Shown: positions 24,426 through 37,554, counted from the whole stretch's first letter. The stretch: 63,303 nt of DNA, filler included, from Chiloscyllium plagiosum (GCF_004010195.1; 6 parts of 2 records of this genome joined end to end with filler, not necessarily neighbours in it), one strand, 5' to 3'. Notes: generated by a model not told the origin, from the letters alone. Translations and numbers: made by a program.

Positions 24426-27019
24426 TTTAATATAGATATTTTTATTAGAAATTTAACATTTTTACAAGTTTACAAAAATAAACAAAACTCTCAGATATAA
24501 ACATTGATATACAATTAGCTCAAATATACAATAGCCAAAATTTAACAAAAAACAAAACAAAAAAAACTGAAAAAAAGAAAAAAAATGACAAACAAAACTC
24601 AACTATCTACTAATCTAACCTACAACTAACCAGAGTGTTTATTTAAGTCTCTTACATGCTCGGAATGTGTCAGCATCAGATGTAATAAAACCCGTATTCG
24701 TGCGGGATTCCTCTCCCGAGGGGCCCGGACCAGCCAGGTTTGTAATCTCAATTAAATAAAAGCCCTTGTTAGGATAGCCGAAATATCTGTATTTATGTAA
24801 TTCAAAAAGGGCTGCCATATTTTATAAAATAATTCGGTCTTTCGGTGCACCATATTTGTAAGGAAGTCAAGGGGAATACATTCCATAATTAGTCTGTGCC
24901 AATTTGAAAGTCCAGGGGGGCCCTCAGCCACCCAGTTCACCAAAATATTTTTCCTTGCACAGAAAGAAAGAATAGAAAATAGTCTCTTCACGTACGTGAC
25001 CAGGGAGGGAAAGTTCGAAAAGCCCAAGAGGAGAGATAAGGGTCTACTTTAATTTCCGTTCCTAAAATTTCTGTCAGGGTACTTGCTACCTTAGCCCAAT
25101 ATCTACGGATCTTATGACAGGTCCATAAGCAATGTACAAGAGTGCCCACCTCTATTTTGCATTTAGGACACATTGGAGATGCTCCTGCCTTAAATTTTGC
25201 CAATCGAACCGGTGCTATATGGGCCCTATGAAGTATCTTCAGCTGGATAGCCTGGGTTCTGTTACAAATAGTAATTCTTCTAGCATTTTCCCAGATATCA
25301 TTCCACGTTTCTGTGGAGATTTCTAGTCCCAGATCCTGAACCCATGTTTTAAGCAGATTATCCATATCTCCCGATACTTCATCATGTAGTAAATGATAAA
25401 TATTACTGACGGAAGATACCCCCACTGGTCGTAGGACACTACATTCTCTATCGGATTTATAAAGACTATCTAATAACGTAGTCTTCTTCTGTATAAAATC
25501 TCGAATTTGGAAGTATCGAAAGAGGTCTCCATTGGGTAATCCGAATTTCTGACGCAGCTACTTAAAAGACATCAGGACCCCATCTTTAAATAAATCCCCA
25601 AGACATGAGATACCCCTGGATCTCCAGAGTTTAAAAGTGGCATCTGTTAACCCCGGTTGGAATCCCCATGCTCCCACTATCGGTGCATAGGGGGATGTTT
25701 TATGTGAATTACCCTCATTTTGCCGCATTATATTCCAAGCCCTGATTGTATTTAGTATTATAGGGTTTTTACAGTGATCTGTAATGATTTTCCTCTTGTC
25801 TGAGAATAAAAGGTTAATAAGTGGGTATTTTACTTGAGAAGCCTCGATGTCCAACCAGATTGAATGTGGATCAGACAAGACCCAATCAGCTATATAACTT
25901 AATAGGGAACTTAATTGATATTTCCGAAAATCTGGGAAGTCCAATCCACCCCTTGCCTGTGGAAGCTGTAGCTACTTCAGCTTAATGAGGGGCCGCCTAT
26001 AATTCCAGATAAAGGAACTCAGCCAACCGTATAATTTACATAAAGCCATCCTCGGCAGCATCACCGGAAGCATTCTCATAGGATATAGGAGACGGGGCAG
26101 GACATTCATTTTGATTAATGCTATTCTACCCAACCAGGAAATTGGCAGGTCTCCCCATCGCTGGAGGTCCTGCCTTATCCTTTCCAATAAATACACAAAA
26201 TTAGCCTTATACAACTGACCAAATACTGGAGTAATAAAAATGCCTAAATATAAGAAACCCTCCAGGGACCAGCGAAAGGGAAAAAGGGAACCGTCCGCTA
26301 AGCGGGGTATCACAGCAAGGCCACCCATTGGCATAGCCTCCGATTTTGAAAAATTAATTTTATAGCCTGAGAATGCACTAAATGTATTAATAACTTGGAT
26401 TAAGCGAGGTATGGACATCAAAGGGTTACTGAAGAATCGAAGAACATCATCTGCATAAAGGGTAATTTTATGTCTACCTGTACCAATCCTTGGGGCCACT
26501 ATACTAGGATCAGCTCGTATAGCTTCTGCTAGTGGTTCAATTATTAGCGTGAATAACAATGGCGAGAGGGGACATCCCTGACGGCAGCCACTACCCACAC
26601 TGAAGCTATNNNNNNNNNNNNNNNNNNNNNNNNNNNNNNNNNNNNNNNNNNNNTTAATTAATTAANNNNNNNNNNNNNNNNNNNNNNNNNNNNNNNNNNN
26701 NNNNNNNNNAGCTTGGAAATCATTTCTGCAAGGCTTGTTACTGTTGGTAAGTCCCCCGGGGCGGCTGTGGACGCTTCTGCTGCAGCTGGAGAGGGTGGGG
26801 GAGGGGTTCCTGCTTGCTGAGAGCTGCGGGCTCCCTTCCCTTTAGTCATTTTAATTTAGGATTAAATTGTTTAAATGTAATATTACACAACTAATTAAAT
26901 TACACAACTATTATAAATGATTTGGTGAGCGTGGTAGGGGGTGGGTGACCCACTGTACCCAAGTCTTGGGAGGAGCACTATAGACTCAGTCTTGCTGGGT
27001 CGCCGCCATCTTGGATCCC
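24426..27019 (-). mobile_element. L1 LINE (inner, younger); middle missing in a linker gap
   Basis: 16-bp TSD CCAGCAACACATTTTT (24410-24425 and 27020-27035). ORF1 start MTKGKGARSSQQ (26849). ORF2 GCRQGCPLSPLLF, LYADD and C-terminal CPKC...H CLW-C. Poly(A) end with AATAAA. Confidence 0.9.
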
Positions 27020-30000
27020 CCAGCAACACATTTTTAAGCACAAACCGTCCCTGCTCATCTTTCACCTGCTCTAACAATGTGAACGGAAGATTTTTCTGGA
27101 TAAATATGCCACTCGCCTAATTTTAGTAGTAAAGGATGAAAAGAATACCCAGACATAACCCCCCTGTTGTAGCTTCAGGAGTTCCCCATCATCAAGATAG
27201 GTTTCCTGCAACAAAGCCATATCAACCCTTTCCCTCTTAAGGCAAGAAAGCACATTTTCATTTTAACAGGCGTATGACTTCCCTTGATGTTCCAGACGCA
27301 CCATTTAATAAGACACTTAGCCATATCTTCTTTCAGAGACCCTTAAACCCCTGGGAGGGAAAACCCTGCTTACAAAGCGCCAAGCACAAGTAAATAAAGA
27401 CTCAGAGTCAAAGAATTATGTATACAAAAACTACTCTATCATAACTACAAACAATATTACTATTAAAAAACTACAAAGAAAACCAACTATAAAACCCCGA
27501 ACGGAAGACTCTTCCCCCTGCCCATAGGGGCACTCACCCTACCCATTCCCTCCTTCACAGCTTCTTCAAACCCAGACTGTGCACCAGCCTTAGGCGAGAA
27601 AAAAACAAGGAGATGATCATTAAATCAACAGAGAAAAAGACAAAGTAAGGATGAACACTCCACCCACCCCTAGCTTCATGTCACCCCTTCTTGTGACTAA
27701 AAGAGAAAGAGAGCAAACAGAAAAAAGGGGAGACAACAAAGAATATCCACAAAATTTCCCATTATAAAATCCAGTTATAAAAAAAGGAACAACATATTCC
27801 AAGTTTTGTTTCCCAAAAAAGAAATTATTAGGGAGAAAGAAAGGAATAAAATGAAGGGAAAACATGGGGAAACAAGGAAAAGAGGACGAACATTAACCGC
27901 ATTCTTCAGGCCAGTCCATCTATTTTAAAGTGTCTACAAAGTTTTTAGCTTTATCCGCCGAGTCAAATGTATAAACCGAGTCCTCATGGCTGATACGGAG
28001 CACTGTGGGGTACCTCACCGAGTTCGGGTTCCCAGGTTCGTCAGCCTCTTTAACTTCATTGAAGGACTTCCTCTTTCAAATTACAGCTGCAGAGAAATCC
28101 TGGAAAACATGATTTTTGACCTCTTGTATAGCAGCGCCTGCTGATCTTTTCCCAGCAATCTGGAGGCTTCTATTACTTTTTGCTTGCCCCATGAGTAGAA
28201 GTGCACTAGGACCGAGTAGGGGCACTGCACTGCCCCTGACCTGTGCACTGTAACCTGATAAGTCGTTTCAATCTGCAGCCTGCTGGACTTGATCTGAAGG
28301 CCCAAAAACTTCGGCAGCCAACTTTCAAAGAAGCTGACTGGTTGCTCACCTCCCTCGAGCCCAACAATTTGAAGATTTATCCTCTGACCTCGATTTTCGA
28401 GGTCGATATGACCTCACAGGGCCTGCAATTCTTGCTCCAGCACCTGGATCTGACTGCATGAGGACTCCATCGCAGCTTCAGAGGCCTTGGTTCGACCCTC
28501 CAGCCGCTCCCCGAGACCCTGGATCTCCTGCTCATGCTTCTGCAGCATGGATGCGATGGGTTGGACCTGGGCATGAATCCCCCCACGGGTCTCCTCAACT
28601 GCAGCCCCAACCTTCAAGGTAAGTCTCTCCACCGTCGCAACCAATTCCTCGGAGTCTGCCAGGTCCTCGGGAGGTTCAGGAGAGGCTGCTGCTGCTGTGG
28701 TCTCTGGCATGCTAGGTGCTGTAGGAGAGTGTTCTCCCTGTTGCTGTTTGCTCGCTCCTTTTCCCTTTGGCATCCTTCCCACTCCTAAATATTAACAAAT
28801 ATGTGTTCTGTAAGGTTTTAAACTAATAGCTGTTCCATATAAGTTGGCCAGGGATGGTAAAAAACACCAGTATGCCTTAGCTGTTAGGCAGAGCTGTCCA
28901 CAGCAGTTCTACAGAATCGCCACCATCTTGCCGAGTCCCTAGCTTTTATTTTGAAATGTCCCCTTAGCATCAATGACATATCCTAAATATTTGATGGAAG
29001 ATTTAAAAATTCATATTTGTCTTTACTCACTCTTGGGTCATAATCTTCAAGACTCTGTATAGCAACATTGAAATTGTGGAGATTCCCTTTGTCGTTTTTC
29101 CTATGACTAAAATATCATCCAGATAACACTGGACTCCTTCGAATACACTCAAAATCTGATGCACTGGCATGTTCAAATACCATAGATGCAGATATGATTC
29201 CAATGGAAGTTTCTTGTATTTGAATAGTCTTCTACATGTTACAATGGTGAAATATTTGAGACTTGGAATCTGCAATCTTCTGGAGATAGTCTTGACTACG
29301 TTCAATTTTACTGAAAATGTGTACTGAAAAGCTGACCCCAAGCTAGTCCAGCAAATAGGTCATCGATTTAAAGCCAAAGGTTACTTCGCAGCACATGGTA
29401 CCAGATCATTGTGACTTTAAAATCATCATAGTTGTATACCAATCAATCTTTTTTTCATCACTGGTACTACAGGTGTGGCCCAAACACACACATTTCCAGG
29501 TTCAAGGGCCACCATTTTGACTAGCCTCTTTAATTCTGCCTTGACCTTTCGTTTCATTGCACAAGACACTCAATGAGCCTTGTAACATTTTACTCGATTC
29601 TCTTCCTTGATTTTCAATTTGACAGAGATGTTTGCAATGATTCCTAAATCTCCACTGAAAACATTGGCATGTTTCTTTAGAATTTGTGATGGATCAGTCT
29701 CAGAATCTGACACACCATTTACTTCAGCCCAGTTACGTTTGGTGTTCTCCATCCACGCTTTTCCCATAAAGCTGTAAAATTCCTTTGTCAATATGTAAAG
29801 AACAATTTTCAAACAATTTTTCATATAAGTACACATTTACATTCATACAACCTCTTAAAAGCACCACTTTACCTGTGTACGGTCTTAGAACAACTTTGAG
29901 AGCTGCAGTGCTACACACTTTATCAATGGATGCGCTTTTCTGTTATCCACTTGCAATCTGAATGGTTTGCTATGCAGTAAGAGAGTGACCCAGTATTGGT

Positions 30001-31227
30001 TGGTGTTGGCAGCAATGATCAGTATGTTTAATAACAGCTCCTCTTCAGCCCCTTTTGTATTGTGCAGATTTTCTTCCTATCCATCAATTTCTGTACTTTT
30101 GCTCTTTTTTGTTCATGTTTCTTTTTTAAACACATCTGTTCAATGTGAATGCTTTTAACTACAAATTCTGCAGACAGCTTCTTTATACCAGCAATGATAA
30201 TTTTGAGTATGTGTTGGTGCTTGCCACTCAGTTGCCATTTGTGAACTCTCATACTCAAGCTTACCTGTTGAACTTCCTTGGCAGCTAGTTCCATTGACAA
30301 TGCTATTTTCTGTCTTTTTTTTAAATCTAGATAGATTTCTGTCAGTAATCTCTTCTAGATTCTTTCATATTTTAAACCATTTATCAGCCTGTCTCTGATA
30401 GGATTATTTAAGAAGTCTCCAAATTAATTGCTAACAGAGGGCGCTGCTGAGGAGGATTTAGGGAAGAGTCATCTCAGTCACTGACCAGGAGCGAATATAA
30501 AGGAGGCAAGGTATAGTGGAGTGGCCATTTTGAGAAGGGCACTTGAAATGCTGCTGGAGGTTTAAGTGTAGACTTAAGTGAATATTAGGCTTGGGTGAGG
30601 AGGGCAATCAGCATAGAGGTAAGACAGTTGGAGCAGGAGCAAACTACTGCAGCTGCTGAAGACACAAGGGTAAAGGAGAAGTTGAAGGAAGTTTAACTGT
30701 GGAGTCACAGGCAGCAGGTGAGTGAGTGACTGGTGAGTAGTTTTCTTCTCTATTTTCTCTTCCGCTATGCTACTGTTGTTAAACTTAAGGGTTAAGTCAT
30801 GGTAGGAGATCCCAGACCCATGTCGTGCTCCTCCTATGCGATGTAGGAATTCAGGGACCGTTCCGATGTCCCTGACTCCTTCATGTGCAAGAAGTGTGTC
30901 CAGCTCTCTGACTGCTTGAAAGCTCTGGAGCTGCAGCTGGATTCACTTTGGAGCATCCGTGAGGCTGAGGGAATCGTGGACAGCACATTCAGTAAGTTGG
31001 TCTCACACCACAGATAAAAATTACTGAGGAAGAAAGGAAATGGGTGACTAACAGACAGAGGAAGAGTAGGAAGTTAGTGCAGGAGTCCGTGCAGTCATCT
31101 CCCTCCAAAATAGATATACTGTTTTGGATAATTTTGGGGGAGATGGCTCACCAGAGGAAGACGGCAGCAGCTAGGTTCATGGCACTGTGGCTGGCTCTGC
31201 TGCACAGGAGGGCAGGAAAAAGTGTGT

Positions 31228-31393
31228 CCGAGGAGCAGGAAAATCGATGTTTCGTGCAAAAATTTCCTGATGAAGGCTTTTGCCTGAAACATTGATTTTC
31301 CTGCTCCTCAGATGCTGCCTGACCTGCTATGCTTTTCCAGCACCACTTTAATCTTGACTCTAACCTCCAGCATCGGCAGTACCCATGTCTGCC
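31228..31393. mobile_element. Palindromic PLE-terminus insert within CR1 ORF1
   Basis: GAGGAGCAGGAAAATCGAT / ATTGATTTTCCTGCTCCTC arms; degenerate HHR at 31267-31293. Confidence 0.8.
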
Positions 31394-32051
31394 AAAGAAA
31401 AAGAGTGGGTGAGCTATAGTGATAGGATATTCAATTGTAGGGGGAATTGATGGGTGTTTCTGCGGCCACAAATGAGAGTCCAGGATGGTACGTTGCCTTC
31501 CTTGTCAAGGATGTCTCGGAGTGGACATTCTTGGGTGTGTCGGCAGAGAGAAAGGAGCAGCCAGCTGTCGTGTTGCAAGTAGGCACCAACAATACATGTT
31601 AAAAAAAAATGGGATGAGGTCCTACAAGCTGAATTTAGGGAGTAAGGAGTTAAACTACAAAGTAGGACCTCAAAGATAGTAAACACGGGATTGCTACCAG
31701 TACTACATGCTAGCCAGAGTAGGAATAGGAGAGTTAAGATGAATACCTGACTTGAAGGATGGTGCAAGAGGGAGGGATTCAAATTCCTGGGACATTGGAA
31801 CCGGTTCTGGGGGAGGTGGGACCAGTATGAACCAGACGGTCTGCACCTGGGCAGCACTACAACCTGGCAACCAATGTCCTGGGGGAATGTTTGTTAGTGC
31901 AGGAGTATGAGCACCATACAGGAAGTTGGAGGGAGGTAAAGTGGGGACAAAAACATAGGACAGTAAAGGGAAAAATGAACGTGGAAAGCAGAGAAATCAA
32001 AGATAAAAATCAAAAAGGGGCCCATTTCATAATGACTGTAAAAGGGCAATA

Positions 32052-33106
32052 AGATGATGCACTTTGGGAAGAATAACAGGAAGGCAGAGTACTGGGTCAA
32101 TGGAAAGATTCTTGGTAGTGTGGATGTGCAGAGGGAACTTGGAGTCCATGTACATAGATTCCTGAAAGTTGCCACCCAGGTAGATAGTGCTGTTAAGAAG
32201 GCATACAGTGTGTTAGGTTTCATTCACAGAGGGATTGAGTTCTGGAGCCGTAATATCATGCTGCAACTATACAAAACGCTGGTACGGCCATACTTAGAAT
32301 ACTGTGTACAGTTTAGATTAGATTAGATTACATTACATTACATTACAGTGTGGAAACAGGCCCTTCGGCCCAACATGTCCACACCGACCCGCCGAAGCGC
32401 AACCCACCCATACCCCTACATTTACCCCTTACCTAACAGTACGGGCAATTTAGCATGGCCAATTCACCTGACCTGCACATCTTTGGACTGTGGGAGGAAA
32501 CCGGAACACCCGGAGGAAACCCACGCAGACACGGGGAGAATGTGCAAACTCCACACAGTCAGTCACCTGAGGCGGGAATTGAACCCGGGTCTCAGGCGCT
32601 GTGAGGCAGCAGTGCTAACCACTGTGCCGCCCCCATATCTTGGGAAGGATGTGGAAGCATTGGAAAAGGTGCAGAGGAGATTTATCAGGATGTTGCCTGG
32701 TCAGGAGGGAAGACTGAGAGACTTGAACCTGCTCTCATTGGCAAGAAGGCGGCTAAGAGGGGATTTGATAGAGACATACAAGATGATCAGAGGATTAGAT
32801 AGGGTAGACAGTGAAAGTCTTTTTCCTAGGATGATGATGTCAGCGTGTACGAGGAGGCATAACTACAAATTGAGGGGTGATAGATTTAAGACAGATGTCA
32901 GAGGCAGGTTCTTTACACAAAGAATGGTAAGGGTGTGGAATGCCCTACTTGCTAATGTAGTCAATTCAGCCACATTCGGGAGATTTAAACAATCCTAAGA
33001 TAAACACCTGGATGATTTTGGGATAGTGTAGGGGGACGAGCTGAGAATAGTTCACAGGTCGGCGCAACATCGAGGTCCGCTGTATTGTTCTATGTTCTAT
33101 GTTCTA
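32052..33106 (+). mobile_element. Younger 5'-truncated CR1 3' fragment nested in the CR1
   Basis: MHFGKNN, LYKTLVRPYLEYCVQF, LEKVQRRF, RRRLRGDLIETYK and a (TTCTATG)n tail. Confidence 0.88.
32312..32632 (-). mobile_element. HE1-type V-SINE nested in the inner CR1
   Basis: (AGATT)n/(ACATT)n tail at 32312-32347; head ends near 32630. Confidence 0.92.
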
Positions 33107-34303
33107 AATGTCAAACAAAAAAGAGCCTGAAGGTTCTGTGTCTCAATGCAAGGAGCATTTATTATGAATTAACTGCACAAACAGTTATTAATGGACATGA
33201 TGTAATTGGAATCACAGAGACCTAACTTCAGGGTGACCAAGGATGTGAATTCAACATCTGGGGTTATTCAATTTTCAGAAAAGGGAGGTGGGGTGGTGTT
33301 GTTGGTTAAGGAAGAAATTAACACAATAGTAGGGGAGGACATTAGCATGGATGATGTGGAATCAGCATGGGTGGTGCTGCGGAATACCAAAGGGAAAAAC
33401 ACATTAGTGAGAGTTGTGTACAGACCACCAAACAGTAGTTGTGATGTCGGGGACTATATCAAACAGGAAATTAGAGATGCATGCAGTAAGGGTACAGCAG
33501 CTATTATGGGTGACTTCAATCTATATATTGATTAGACTAACCAAACTGGTATCAATGGAATGGAGGTGCATTTCTTGAAATGCATGAGGGATGGTTTCCT
33601 TGACCAATATGTTGAGGAACCAACTAGAAAGCAAGCCATCCCAGACTGGGTAGATCCTTAGGGGAAGAGTGACCATAATTTGGTAGAATTCTTCATTAAG
33701 GTGGAGAGTGACACCATTAAATCTGAAACTAGGGTCCTGAACTTAAAAGGAAACTAACTTTAATGGTTTGAGGCTTGCATTGGCTAGGATAAACTGGCCA
33801 AGGATACTGGAGGGGTTGACAGTGGCAGACAAAGAACATGTAAATAAACTTCAACAACTGTATGTCCCTGTCTGCCGTAAGAGTAAAACAGGGAACGTGC
33901 TCAACCAGGGCCAAAAAGGGAAATCAGAGCAGTGTTAAAGCCAAAGATGAGGCATATAAATGGCCAGTAAAAGCAATAAACCCAAAAACTGGGTGAAATT
34001 TAAAATTCTTCAGAGGAGGACAAAGGGAAAATAGAATATGCAAGCAAGTTTGTACAAAACATTAAAACTGACTGCAAAAGTGTCTATAGATATGTGAAGA
34101 GAAAAAGACTGAAGACGACAAATGTAGGTCCCTTGCAGTTAGAATCAGGTGAATTCATAATGGACAACAAAGAGATGGTAGACCAGTTGACAAATACTTT
34201 GGATCTGTCTTTACTAAAGAGGGACCCAAGTAATCTTCAGGAAATGCTAGTGGACAGAGAGTCAAGAATGAAGGATGAACTGAAAGAAATCCTTTTTAGT
34301 CAG

Positions 34304-34505
34304 GATTTGGAGATGCCGGTGTTGGACTGGGGTGTACAAAGTTAAAAATCACACAACACCAGGTTATAGTTCAACAGGTTTAATTGGAAGCACTAGCTTT
34401 TGGAGCGCAGCTCCTTCATCAGGTGGTTGTGGAGTACTTGTGAAAGCTAATGTTTCCAATTAAGCCTGTTGGACTATAACCTGGTGTTGTGTGATTTTTA
34501 ACTTA
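34304..34505. mobile_element. Palindromic PLE-terminus element (third family) in CR1 ORF2
   Basis: 8-bp TSD TTAGTCAG (34296-34303 and 34506-34513). Minus-strand CAC-CTGATGA-A-GGAGC-TGC-GCTCC-AAAAGCTA-GTG at 34391-34425 (GAAA mutated). Confidence 0.8.
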
Positions 34506-36162
34506 TTAGTCAGAAAATGATATTGGAGAAATTGATGGGATGAAAACCCGTTAAGTCTCCAGGGCTTGATGCTCTGCATCCCAGATTACTCAAGGAAGTG
34601 GCCCTAGAGAAAGCAGATGTCTTAGTGATCATTTTTCAGCATTCTGTAGACTCTGGAAGAGTTCCAATGGATTGGAGGATAGCTAACTCCACTCTTTAAA
34701 AAAGGAGAAAGAGAAAACAGGGAATTATAGGACGGTTAGCCAGACATCAGTGGTGGGAAAATGTTGGTGTCAAATCTTTAAGGATTTAATAACTGAAGGG
34801 AAATCATGCTTGACAAATCTTTTACAATTTTTTAAGGATGTGATCAATAGAGTAGACAATGGTGAATCAGTAGATGTTGTGTATCTGAACTTCCAAAGGC
34901 TTTTAACAAGATTCCACATAAGAGATCAGGAAGGAATTATTAAAGCGCGTGGTATCCATTGACATGGATAGAGAAGTGTTTGGCAGACAAGAAGCAGAGA
35001 TTTGGAATCAATGGGCCCTTTTCAGAGTGGCGAACATTGACAAGTGGGGTACCGCAGGGTTTCAGTGCTGGGACCCCAGATGTACATAACATATATTAAC
35101 AATTTGGACAACAAAGGAGTTGAATGCAAAATCTCCAAATTTTCAGATGACTCTAAGCTTGGTGTCAGTGTGTGCTGTGAGGAGGATGCTAAGAGGCTGC
35201 AGGGTGACTTAGACAGACTGGCTGAGTAGGCAAATATTTAGCAAATGCACTATAATGTGAATAACTGTGAGGTTGTCCACTTTGGTCACAAAAACAGGAA
35301 GGCAGATTATTATTGAATGGTGGCAGTTTAGGAAAAGGTGAGGTGCAATGAGACCTGGGTGTCATAGTGGCACAGTCACTGTAAGTTGGCATGCCAGTGC
35401 AGCAGGCGGTGAGGAAAGCCAATGGCATCCTCAAATCTTCTCACTATGAAGGAGAGCATTACAGTAAGGATGTCTTGCTGCAGTTATACAGGGTCTTGGT
35501 AAGGCCATACCTTGCAGTTTTGATCTCCTAGGCTGAGGAAGAACATTCTTGATATTCAGGGAATCTAGCGAAGGTTCATCAGACTGATTCCTGGGATGGC
35601 AGGACTGACATTTGAGAAAAGACTGGCTCAACTAGACTTGTATTCGCTGGAATTAAGAAGAATGAGAGGGATCTGATAGAAACATTTAAACTCCTGATGG
35701 GACTAGACAGGAAGAATGTTCCCAATACTGGGGTAGTCCAGAACAAGGGGTCGCAGTCTAAGGATAAAGGGTAAGCCATTCAGGACTGAGATGAGGAAGA
35801 ATTCCTTCAATCAGAATTGCGAACCTGTAGAATTCTCTCCCACTGGAAGCTACTGGGGCCAATGCTTTAGATATACTCAAGAGAGAGCTAGATGTGGCCC
35901 TTGCAGCTAAAGGATCAAAGGGTATGGGGAGAGGGCAGGAATGGGATACTGAGATGGCATGATCAGCCATGATCATATTGAATGGTGGTGCAGGCTCAAA
36001 GGACTGAATGGCCTGCCCTTGCATCTATTTTCTATGTTTCTATATTTCTTTAAAATTGATACAAGCTGGGAGATAGATTCACTATCATGTTGAATGTATT
36101 TGTGTAATCTGAACATTTCAGCAATTGGCAGTATTTTTGGTTAAAAAAATGTTTCTGCAGTA

Positions 36163-36427
36163 GGGGTGGCATGGCTGTCTGCGTGGAGTTTACACAATGT
36201 CCCCATGTCTGCGTGGGTTTCCTCCAGGTGCTCTGGTTTCCTTCCACAGTCCAAAGATGTGCAGATTAGGTCAATCGGCCATGCTAAATTGACCAGAGGG
36301 AGGCATACGTTAGGTGCATTGGTCAGGGGCAAATATAGGATCGGGGAATGGGTCTGGGTGGGTTACTCTGAGGGTCGGTGTGGACTTGTTGGGCCAAAGG
36401 GCCTGTTTCCACACAGTAGGGAATCTA
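36163..36427 (+). mobile_element. HE1-type V-SINE with an internally deleted head
   Basis: V-domain and 3' GGGCCAAAGGGCCTGTTTCC tail. Confidence 0.85.
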
Positions 36428-37554
36428 TTTTTAATTTTGTTTTCATATGTTTTGGAACCCTGCTTCTCTGGCTTTACCAAACTCTGCATAGGTTAAAAGG
36501 ATTGCCCCATAACACATAGGAATGGAGGCCAACTATGTCTGCTTCAATTCTGTAAGTTGAACAAAGTAACGGAATCTCTCTGGGTTGGAGTTCCAGCTCT
36601 CTGTATTTTAATCAAATGATTACGCAGTGCCAACATTTGCTGTCATTTAAATGGAAAGGGACTGCATAGCAAACGTATAGCAAATTTTAGCACCACCTTA
36701 CTTCTTCTCGTTTTAAAAACAAGGAATTCCTGGAGCTGCCTGTTTTATTTGAGTTCATCCTTCTCGTTACTCAGTGATCCTTCAGGGTGGAGCATGCAGT
36801 GGGCTTTTTCTGCACCATTCATCTCTGCAGGGTTCTTCTGCAATGTTTACCTCCCCCCCCAGGGTGAATTCACTTTATTGAACTGACCAGGTGGATCTTG
36901 AAACAGTTTTTAATCATCATTGTTAGTTTTCATTTTGTGTTAAGTTCCAAAATGTTCCAGAAGGATAAAGTATTAAACTGCAGGATCTTCATTATGGAGG
37001 TTTTCACTCTACAGGCAGTAAGGTTGTACTAAGCTGTTTCCTGCCCAAACTCGCCGAGGACATCATCATCACATCATGTGATCAGACTCAAAGTATCAGA
37101 CCACCATATTTCCACAAATACACAATGCATTTAAACAGACCAGGCCCCATCTCCTACCTGAACTGCAATCATTGCAAGCTAGGCAAAAGGAGGAAGGACC
37201 AATGACCAGTAACCCATAAGTAAATGGTGAAGCAGGATAGGTGATCGCTGTCAAAGAAGGAAGCCTAGGGCTCCAAGGTTTCCTTGTGTAACCTAGAGAC
37301 GTAATTGCACTCCATCAGGCCCGTAAAGAAAATATTAAAATCAACAATCTACTTATCTTTCCAGCCCACTTACATGTTCGCTGTTCCTTTTTCCTGAAGG
37401 TCAAGGTAAAACCAGCACTGGGGCACCAAAGCAGACTGCTGAGAGTTCAATTATATCAGTAACATCAACAAAATAATGGAATGGCTCTGGGTGGAGGTTC
37501 CACCTCTCCATACTTTCATTGTGTGGTCACACGATGCCTAAATGTCCCGCTATT

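Larger units (their letters stand above)
20941..28940 (-). mobile_element. L1 LINE (outer copy) with both ends present, decayed ORF1 and ORF2
   Basis: ORF1 MPKGKGASKQQ..., endonuclease LLQETYL, RT SYRPITLLNSDFKILSK, QTGFIKG, QGCPLSP, LYADD. Poly(A) end at ~20941. Short possible TSD GCTTTT at 20938 and 28942. Confidence 0.88.
19030..30420 (-). mobile_element. Decayed Gypsy LTR element split into three pieces (19030-20395, 20690-20940, 28941-30420) by nested insertions
   Basis: Protease, RT and integrase remnants: LRPYTG, VQCYLDDILV, IKYLGYVIDAKG, then across the L1 KAIT..KNVNQL, followed by KEALGIIL, DPLL, ARFGYPE and KTGPVSYTV. Confidence 0.82.
30430..36050 (+). mobile_element. Near-full-length decayed CR1 LINE (5' UTR, ORF1 zinc-finger plus SGNH-esterase-like, ORF2 APE-RT) with nested inserts
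   Basis: ORF1 from ~30799 (CSSxAM..CKKC, VIGxSIVGG, VGTN, DGLHL). APE CLNARS, VYRPPNS, MGDFN. RT KSPGLD, KSCLTNLL, VPQG, FSDDSKLG. (TTCTATG)-like tail at ~36025-36050. Confidence 0.88.
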
